Assembly (NCBI GenBank): GCA_963677495.2
Contig: CAXXOU010000001.1
Span: 512,001 to 576,000, forward strand
Length of the DNA stretch: 64,000 bases
Reading direction: 5' to 3'
Source of the DNA: Candidatus Cloacimonadales bacterium
GTDB taxonomy: Bacteria; Cloacimonadota; Cloacimonadia; Cloacimonadales; JAFGVF01
Below are positions 11,006 through 18,036 of this stretch, piece by piece; within the stretch, counting starts at the first letter, position 1; every line of letters begins with the position of its first letter. The position numbers and the translations under genes are program-made. Below the pieces are notes generated by a model, which saw only the letters and a list, made by a program, of their open reading frames with translations, had not been told where the DNA came from and ran no database searches.

Positions 11006-11125
11006 TTTAAATCTCCAATAATGCCTTGTACGCGACTGCACTCAGTTGCGGTAGTAAAGATTGTATCATTGTGGTTAAATGGTCGTTATTATGGACTGCA
11101 TCAACTGTATAGATGCAACTGCAAG

Positions 11126-11762
11126 ACTACCCAGGAAGAAGTGAATCGCAACCTAGTGTGAGTCGCTAATTCCCGTAAAACGTCACTCTGGGACGTTCAC
11201 CAGTACCTTGCGAATGGTCCTTAGACCTTCTCAATGGTACTCCCGGGAAGAAGTGAGTCTCAGCAAAGTGGGACTTGCTAATTCCAGTAAAACGTCTCTC
11301 CGGGGCGTTCACCAGTACCTTGCGAATGGTCCTTAGACCTTCTCAATGGTACTCCCCGGGAAGAAGTGAGTCTCAACAGAGTGGGACTTGCTAATTCCAG
11401 TAAAACGTCACTCCGGGGTGTTCACCAGTACCTTGCGAATGGTCCTTAGACCTTCTCAATGGTACTACCAGGAAAGAAGTGAGTCTCAACAAAGTGGGAC
11501 TTGCTAATTCCCATAAAACGTCACTCCGGGGCGTTCACCAGTACCTTGCGAATGGTCCTTAGACCTTCTCAATGGTACTCCCGGGAAGAAGTGAGTCTCA
11601 GCAAAGTGGGACTTGCTAATTCCCGTAAAACGTCTCTCCAGGGCGTTCACCAGTACCTTGCGAATGGTCCTTAGACCTTCTCAATGGTACTACCAGGAAA
11701 GAAGTGAGTCTCAGCAAAGTGGGACTTGCTAATTCCTGTAAAACGTCTCTCCGGGGCGTTCA
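11126..11762. repeat. Tandem array of about 5.6 units of 112-113 bp, each made of three hairpin modules (BIME/REP-like)
   Basis: Invariant 41-mer cagtaccttgcgaatggtccttagaccttctcaatggtact starts at 11201, 11313, 11426, 11539 and 11651. The intervening 71-72 bp segments are near-identical to one another. Confidence 0.95.
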
Positions 11763-12020
11763 TTCCCCTCTCATAGAGGGGTGCCGCGTAAACGGCTGGG
11801 TGTTTTCACTCCATATCCACAATGATTCATCATTTCAAATATCATTTGAATACACATCACATCTGAGTTGTCTTTGGCTTCAGACCTCCATTGGAGTAAT
11901 TGGTCCGCGGACATCCCTGCCTGCCATTTCGAAGCTTTGCGTAGGGTGTTCCGCATTTAATCTGCTACTACCAAGTTAGCAGACATTAGATTCCGACAAT
12001 TAACATATCATGTAACTCTT

Positions 12021-12081
12021 AGCTATAGGCTGTAGGCTGTAGGCTGTAGGCTGTAGGCTGTAGGCTGTAGGCTTTAAGCTA
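12021..12081. repeat. Heptamer tandem repeat (TAGGCTG)x6 with degenerate flanks
   Basis: Six perfect copies at 12026-12067; related degenerate tracts at 10489-10541 and 15629-15707. Confidence 0.9.
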
Positions 12082-12122
12082 TATTGTTTTCTTTTATCAA
12101 CATTTTCAAAAGTCACGTAATT

Positions 12123-12312
12123 ATCTATCTACGAGTCAATTGTAAGTCTGATGCGTCCTGCGTCAAGAACCTTTTTCAACCCTCTAAAAAGTTATGCACA
12201 CGATGTGGATAACTTTAGGGGTTCATAGGGAGGGTCTAGGGAGGCTAAAGGGAGGATCAAGCGAGATTCTAGGTTTTTGATGCAGGACGTACCAGACTCG
12301 TAGAGGAGAGAT
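12123..12312. repeat. Structured dispersed element, copy 1 (inverted DnaA-box pair, AGGGAGG x3, long closing stem)
   Basis: Core of about 115 bp (12164-12279) aligns without gaps to 62304-62419; TTATGCACA at 12192-12200 and TGTGGATAA at 12204-12212. Confidence 0.85.
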
Positions 12313-12414
12313 GGATTTTTTTAGTCAAAATGTATGACATTTTAGTTGACATGCTTAAGCTTTATGCAATGTATTATCTCAAAATTAGCTGAAGATATTA
12401 GGTAAACAAACAAC

Positions 12415-13023
12415 ATGAATTCAACTTTAAAGTACTATAATGAGAACTCTGAGAGCCTGATGAAGAGATATGAGTCTGCAAATGTAGAGGATATCCATAA
12501 GTTAATATCAGAGAATTTTACCAAAGGTAGTAAGATACTAGAATTAGGATGTGGATCCGGTAGAGATGCAGCTTATGCTTTTTCTACAGGTTTAGACATA
12601 TATGGTGTGGATGGGGCAACAAACATGGTTGAATCAGCAATAAAGGTTCATCCAGAACTTAAGCAAAGGTTATCTGTTGCACTTATCCCACAAGATCTTG
12701 AAGATACACCATCTACTTATGATGGAATCTTCGCAACTGCATTGTTAATGCACCTTGAAATAGGAAATATAAAGGAAACTTTTGAAAGGGTTTTTACTAT
12801 TTTAAAAGAGAAGGGAAGGTTCATTTTCTCTGTTCCATTAAGTCATAATGAACTTGATAATAATAGGAAAGATGCTAAAGGTCGTTTGTTTATTCTATTA
12901 CCTAAAGAAGATTGGTTCAAATTTGCTGACGACAAAGGATTTAAGCTTATACAATACAACATTACTGCTGATGGGTTAGATAGAAGTCAAGTTACATGGC
13001 TGACATGTGTAGTTGAAAAGTAA
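12415..13023 (+). CDS. Class I SAM-dependent methyltransferase
   Basis: Motif I 'ILELGCGSGRDA', 'YGVDGA', 'YDGIFATALLMHL'; TTGACA at 12346 upstream. Confidence 0.9.
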   Translation: MNSTLKYYNENSESLMKRYESANVEDIHKLISENFTKGSKILELGCGSGRDAAYAFSTGLDIYGVDGATNMVESAIKVHPELKQRLSVALIPQDLEDTPSTYDGIFATALLMHLEIGNIKETFERVFTILKEKGRFIFSVPLSHNELDNNRKDAKGRLFILLPKEDWFKFADDKGFKLIQYNITADGLDRSQVTWLTCVVEK

Positions 13024-15142
13024 TAAGTTTATGCTACAACAAGTATCTAAAGCTCTAAAAGAGCTTAACTATAACCTCCAACGTAAAGCTATCAGAGGGT
13101 ACCTTTTCACTCGAAACAATGATGCTATACTTGTAGATATTGATATTTGCAATAACACAAATTATTTTGATTACGCTGAATACACAAAAGAACAGAACGA
13201 GTTTATGTTCTTTTACTCTTCATTATATCGATTCAATGTTGAAAATATTGATGATGTACAATCGATGAAAGCTGAGTTACTTAGATATTTGAACAAAGAT
13301 TTTCATGAAGATGACATCAAAAACTATGGTGCAAATCGTGAATTAGCAAATCCTGATCCAACTCCACCAGAGTATCTTTTTGAGGATATGTTCATAGAAG
13401 TATATGGACGAGAAGCCGTTCAGTATTTAAATAGAGAGTTTCCAATTATTGATATCAATGGAAGCACTCGCTTTTGTGATTATGTAATACATAAAAATGA
13501 TTACAGAATTATCATTGAAGAAAATGGAGTATCATACCACCACCCGATAATAATTGGAAGAGAGAAATATAAATCCCAACTTCAAAAACAAAACTCAATC
13601 GTTTCATATGGCGACAAAGTCTATAGATGGGCTTTAGAAAGTATGAAAGACAAGAATAATTTTGCTGAAGAAGTGAAACAGTACTTAGGTGAATCATCCT
13701 CTTTTAAGCTGAGTCAGAAAGTCACAGTATCAAGGCAATTTAAGTTATATGCCCACCAAGAGAAGATCGTTGATAAGATTGCTGAATCAAAAGAATCCTA
13801 TAATTCAAGTAATCTTGTTGTTTTACCTACTGGAACAGGTAAAACCGAAATTTTGATACATGATTTAGTTCATGACTATAAAAAGAATCCTAAATTCAAA
13901 GCACTTATTATTGTACCTTCTGTTAAGCTTAAAAGCCAATTTACCACTAAACTTAATGAACGTTTAGCAGATTACTCACTTACTGGTGACCACTTACAAG
14001 TTGGTCTCGATGTAAATGACAATGTCTTAGTCAAAACAAATGCTTGGACATGTAGAAACTATTACAAATTCAAACCTAAACATTTTACTTACATCGCAAT
14101 TGATGAAGCTCATCATGCTGTAGCCCCTGCTTTGGGAAAAGCAATAAAGCATTTCCAACCGGAATCGCTGATTGGGCTAACTGCTACTCCTAAAAGATTA
14201 GACCATAAGCAACTTGAAGATATGTTTGGTCAATACGAAACTTCACTAAGTTTAACTGAAGCAATAGAACAGGACTTGTTAGCTCCAATTAAGGCTTTTA
14301 GACTGAAGAGCAACATAGACCTTAGTGAGATACGGTTTAATGGTAGAGATTATGTAAATAGTGATTTACAAAAACGAATAGTAGTTCCTTCAAGAGATCA
14401 ACTTGTTGTTGATACCCTGAAGAGATACTTTGCCGATTCAAGCTTACCTTCATTGTCTGGCTTGATTTTCTGTGTCTCTGTAGCTCATGCCGAAAGTCTT
14501 TCAAAAAGGATGAAGCAAAATGGATTATCTGCTGAATCAGTTTCCGGAAAAGATAAGAATTCAACTGAGAAAATTGAAAAGTACCAAAATGGAGAAATTC
14601 AATTCTTAACTACTTGTTCTTTACTAAGTGAAGGTTGGGATTCTCCAAGAACATCTATCATAGTCATGGCAAGACCAACAATGTCAAAGGTTCTTTATAC
14701 TCAACAACTCGGCAGAGGAACGAGAAAACACGATGGAAAAGAAGCCTTATACGTAATTGATGTTGTCGATAACTATTCTGGAGTAGGTAGTTTCAATAAT
14801 CGTCCATGGAGTATACACGCTTTGCTGGGAGTTGATAATTACTTGCCTTGGGGAAACGTTCTTGATTCTACGAAAACACCCACAGAACAAGATTCTATCT
14901 TAATAAGTTTATCTGAGCAAGTAAGAAAGATAGAGCAGATAAATATCTTTACTTTCGAAAAGCTTTACGCTGATTATATGAGTGAAGAGCAAGTTGCAAG
15001 AGAATACTTTGTCTCTACTGGCACTATTAAGTCTTGGATAAAGAAAAGAAAGATAAGAGCAGATGTGGAAGTGCCTTTTTTGGACGAAGAAAATTGTATT
15101 ATTTCTCATCTAAGACTGTTGAACAATATCGATTTAGATTAG
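13013..15142 (+). CDS. SF2 (ResIII/DEAH) helicase with N-terminal Vsr/DUF559-like nuclease-type domain; 5' part of a frameshifted gene
   Basis: 'LPTGTGKT', 'IDEAHH', 'GLTATP', 'LSEGWDSP', 'QQLGRGTR'; upstream 'RFCDYVI...IIIEENGVSYH'; HTH-like 'EEQVAREYFVSTGTIKSWIKK'. The start codon is uncertain. Confidence 0.85.
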   Translation: MKSNKFMLQQVSKALKELNYNLQRKAIRGYLFTRNNDAILVDIDICNNTNYFDYAEYTKEQNEFMFFYSSLYRFNVENIDDVQSMKAELLRYLNKDFHEDDIKNYGANRELANPDPTPPEYLFEDMFIEVYGREAVQYLNREFPIIDINGSTRFCDYVIHKNDYRIIIEENGVSYHHPIIIGREKYKSQLQKQNSIVSYGDKVYRWALESMKDKNNFAEEVKQYLGESSSFKLSQKVTVSRQFKLYAHQEKIVDKIAESKESYNSSNLVVLPTGTGKTEILIHDLVHDYKKNPKFKALIIVPSVKLKSQFTTKLNERLADYSLTGDHLQVGLDVNDNVLVKTNAWTCRNYYKFKPKHFTYIAIDEAHHAVAPALGKAIKHFQPESLIGLTATPKRLDHKQLEDMFGQYETSLSLTEAIEQDLLAPIKAFRLKSNIDLSEIRFNGRDYVNSDLQKRIVVPSRDQLVVDTLKRYFADSSLPSLSGLIFCVSVAHAESLSKRMKQNGLSAESVSGKDKNSTEKIEKYQNGEIQFLTTCSLLSEGWDSPRTSIIVMARPTMSKVLYTQQLGRGTRKHDGKEALYVIDVVDNYSGVGSFNNRPWSIHALLGVDNYLPWGNVLDSTKTPTEQDSILISLSEQVRKIEQINIFTFEKLYADYMSEEQVAREYFVSTGTIKSWIKKRKIRADVEVPFLDEENCIISHLRLLNNIDLD

Positions 15143-15630
15143 AGATACCAATCCATGATGAGACAACTATATACAATGATTTCTGGAGTTTTATCGAAGA
15201 TAAGAATTACACAATGTCATATAAAATGATAATGATCTTATCAATGATAAAAATACTTGATAATCACGGTGAATGTTCATTAGAAAAGTTAAAAGAGGAG
15301 TATGTTTCATTCTATAAAGATAGATTAGAACATAAGCTACCTGTTGATAAGAAGAATTGTCCCTATGATCAATCTGGATATTTGGATGATGATCATAAAA
15401 TGAAAACAAGTATTCTAGCGAATCCTTTTGAAAAGTTCGAAAGAAAAAGATTCATGTACCATTGTAAAGACTTAAACCGCATCTCTTTCTCTCATAACCT
15501 CTGGACACAATTAGTATCGAATATGCGTATTGCTGATTTGAAGAGTAGAATGTATAATGATTTATTGGAGTATTATTCAGAGTTAGGTGGAATTCCTGAG
15601 AAGTGGAAGGAGTATTGGGGAGTAACTTAG
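15076..15630 (+). CDS. C-terminal continuation of the helicase in the -1 frame (ORF track 15034..15630)
   Basis: A T6 run at 15076-15081 joins ..ADVEVPF to (F)GRRKLYYFS..; the downstream domain contains 'YTMSYKMIMILSM...FY.DR...NPFEKFERKRF'. Confidence 0.7.
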   Translation, partial: FFGRRKLYYFSSKTVEQYRFRLEIPIHDETTIYNDFWSFIEDKNYTMSYKMIMILSMIKILDNHGECSLEKLKEEYVSFYKDRLEHKLPVDKKNCPYDQSGYLDDDHKMKTSILANPFEKFERKRFMYHCKDLNRISFSHNLWTQLVSNMRIADLKSRMYNDLLEYYSELGGIPEKWKEYWGVT

Positions 15631-15956
15631 CTTACAGCTAAAAGCCTATAGCCTATAACTTAGAGCTACAATTAATAGTTTATAGGCTACAAGCTATAGT
15701 TAAAAGCAAGTGCAAGTTGAATAATTATGTTGTTACAAGGCAAAGGATTATATCTATATTTGCTAATCAATTTAATGGAGGATTCAGGTATTGGATATGA
15801 CTTGAAATCTCAGCAACTCAGGGGAATTGCAAGGCAAAATTATTACCCGATTCTCTAATACAAAGGCAGAATATTCTAAAACACCAGTTTGCATAAGATA
15901 CTTAACGAGAAACTATGACGCGTAAATCTCTTGAGGGCATATATTTACTAATTATC

Positions 15957-15985
15957 TTGACAATTCCATGTTTTGGGTAAATAAT
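15957..15985 (+). promoter_or_regulatory. sigma70-like promoter of the small ORF/peptidase pair
   Basis: TTGACA-17 nt-AATAAT, followed by an AAAGGAG RBS before 16016. Confidence 0.55.
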
Positions 15986-16015
15986 AGCACAAACATTGAT
16001 TAAAAGGAGTATTAT

Positions 16016-16204
16016 ATGGACAAAAAGCATAAACTTCATTGCACAGAAGACAAGCAAAATGATGTAATTATCTATGATGATAAGTTTATAAAATCTATCA
16101 GAAGTATGTCAAAGCCTAGTCCTGAGCTATTAGAAGAGATCGATAAGTATAGCAAAGAGATTAATACTCCCAAATCATCTGATAATACTAGATTCTCAAT
16201 ATAA
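16016..16204 (+). CDS. Small 62-aa protein upstream of the peptidase-like gene
   Basis: Strong RBS, promoter upstream, and a stop 3 nt before the next ATG. Confidence 0.7.
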   Translation: MDKKHKLHCTEDKQNDVIIYDDKFIKSIRSMSKPSPELLEEIDKYSKEINTPKSSDNTRFSI

Positions 16205-16207
16205 TTA

Positions 16208-17575
16208 ATGCCATTTCACATTGTTGATTTTGAAGACAATTTGTGGATAGAACTAGCACGAACAACAACTAAATCTAACTATGTAATAAACTATATTGAT
16301 AGTCTTGGGCATAGCTCAAATGTATCTTTATTAGTAGAAACTGATTATGTTGATAAAGATTTCTTAGTTGATTTCTCTTATTACTATTCACGATGTTTCG
16401 AAAATATTAAGAAGAAAACAACACGAGTTCATTTCTTTTCCTTGCAAACTGAGGCACTTACTAAGCTGTTATATTCGATCTTGGATGACCCTACAATTGT
16501 TGAAGAAAATGAGTTGAAAGTTCTAAGTGAACATTATCTTGGTTTTATGACCTTTAAACCACTAACCAAAACTAGTATTGGCAGAACAATCTTTAAACCT
16601 TACCCCAAGCTTGATCACGAAGGCAACGAAAGACATTTCCCAGTTTATTCTTTAAACAGTGCTAATATTGGTGGGATTGATATTAAACTTGAAGCGTTGC
16701 CTTTTCAAGAACAAGATAGAAATGTAGCTGCATGTGCAACTACTGCTATTTGGATTGCTTTACAAGCATTAAATCGAATAAGTGAAAACAGTTCTTTCTA
16801 CTCTCAGTATGAGCTTACAAAACTTGCTATAGAGTCTTTTGGTAATATGGGGAATAGGACTTTTCCGAATGAAGGTTTGTATACGTTTCAGATTTTAAAT
16901 CTTTTTCAAAGAATTGGATTTGATACAATATATTACCAACTTGAAAACCAAGAGAATTGGTTTATTAGTAATGTTATACAAGCTCATATGGATATTGGAA
17001 CACCTTTGTTAGCAGAACTTAGTATTATAAATCAGAATGATTTAATCGAAGGTCATCTCGTTACAATATCTGGATACAAGACAAGAAAAAAATCTAAGGA
17101 AATCATGGAACTTTACATCCATGATGATCAAATAGGCTTCTATAGTAAGGTTGAGCTTAGCAACGATAATTATAAGTCTTGGCATAACGAGTGGATAACT
17201 AAATTTGGAATGAAACAAGTAATTCTTAAGAGCATTATTGCTCCTGTTTATCATAAGATAAGAGTTCCATTTAACTCAGTCTTACTTTTCTGTGTCAATT
17301 ACTTGAAACTGAATAACAATCAACTCAACAATTTGAAGATTAGACTTTATACCTTGAGGATGTTTCGCAACTATTTAAGGAAACATCATGAGATCTATAG
17401 AGACTCTAAATCCTATTATAATGGGGATATTCACAATTATTCATCAAGAGATATTTTAACTTTGAATTTACCAAAGTATCTTTGGGTTGCCATAATTAAA
17501 ACTGATAAGAAAGATTTATTGATCGTTTTTGATGCAACTTCATACACAGTTTCTAATGTGTTATCTATATATTAG
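16208..17575 (+). CDS. Cytoplasmic papain-like (C39-like) cysteine peptidase family protein
   Basis: Catalytic-order motifs 'FQEQD...AACATTAIW' (Q, C), 'GHLVTISGY' (H), 'LYIHDDQIG' (D); no signal peptide. Confidence 0.65.
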   Translation: MPFHIVDFEDNLWIELARTTTKSNYVINYIDSLGHSSNVSLLVETDYVDKDFLVDFSYYYSRCFENIKKKTTRVHFFSLQTEALTKLLYSILDDPTIVEENELKVLSEHYLGFMTFKPLTKTSIGRTIFKPYPKLDHEGNERHFPVYSLNSANIGGIDIKLEALPFQEQDRNVAACATTAIWIALQALNRISENSSFYSQYELTKLAIESFGNMGNRTFPNEGLYTFQILNLFQRIGFDTIYYQLENQENWFISNVIQAHMDIGTPLLAELSIINQNDLIEGHLVTISGYKTRKKSKEIMELYIHDDQIGFYSKVELSNDNYKSWHNEWITKFGMKQVILKSIIAPVYHKIRVPFNSVLLFCVNYLKLNNNQLNNLKIRLYTLRMFRNYLRKHHEIYRDSKSYYNGDIHNYSSRDILTLNLPKYLWVAIIKTDKKDLLIVFDATSYTVSNVLSIY

Positions 17576-17680
17576 TTGCAATATGACTTATACCTATCTC
17601 ATTATGCTTTTACTACAAATACCTGTATGTTTAACAAAATGATAACCAATATTTATTCCATGCCGATCAGGGGTATTTGA

Positions 17681-17976
17681 CTTACGTAACTTAGCAGTCT
17701 CGGCAGAATCACCTTCGAGAAGGTTTTGTCTATGAGATCTTAGGATGCGTGGGAAAAATCATCTGCGAGGGTAGTTTCGGAATAAACGCCCCGGAGAGAC
17801 GTTTTACTTTAACGAACAAGGGTGTTCGTTGTACAATACAGGCAGGATGCCGGGTACCCGACACTGTCGATCAAGGGTGATCGACTTACATTTGCTATTA
17901 TCGTCAGTGGATAATATCTGACCCCTCACCCGACATCCCGTTAGGATGTCGACCTCTCCCCGAAGGGGCGAGGTTA
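17681..17976. repeat. Intergenic mosaic of GC-rich REP-like hairpins
   Basis: Reverse complement of array module C at 17785-17807; two AAGGGT-loop hairpins; BoxC-like ccctcacccg...cctctccccgaaggggcgagg. Confidence 0.7.
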
Positions 17977-17984
17977 TAAAGCTT

Positions 17985-18020
17985 AAAAAAGCCTGCCGTT
18001 TCCGGCAGGCTTATTTATTT
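17985..18020. terminator. Terminator, possibly bidirectional, after 18037..22974
   Basis: aaaaaagcctgccg-tttc-cggcaggcttatttatttt. Confidence 0.75.
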
Positions 18021-18036
18021 TACGATCTATTGTGTG

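Noticed and set aside
11126..11762. CRISPR array (41-bp palindromic invariant repeat at regular spacing)
   Set aside because: The 71-72 bp intervening segments are near-identical to each other rather than unique spacers, and no cas genes are present in the window
11704..11979. ORFs 11704..11979 (+) and 11771..11956 (-)
   Set aside because: They run through repeat and hairpin modules, lack an RBS and show no protein-like features
12192..12212. Replication origin (oriC) suggested by DnaA boxes
   Set aside because: Only two boxes per element, duplicated 50 kb away, with no dnaA/dnaN/gidA context and no evident DUE
12415..13023. DNA methyltransferase of a type III R-M system
   Set aside because: Short Methyltransf_11/25-type protein with no DPPY/NPPY catalytic motif and no target-recognition domain
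15915..15980. Tiny signal-peptide-like ORF MTRKSLEGIYLLIILTIPCFG
   Set aside because: 21 codons, no clear RBS, overlaps the TTGACA promoter; at most a remnant
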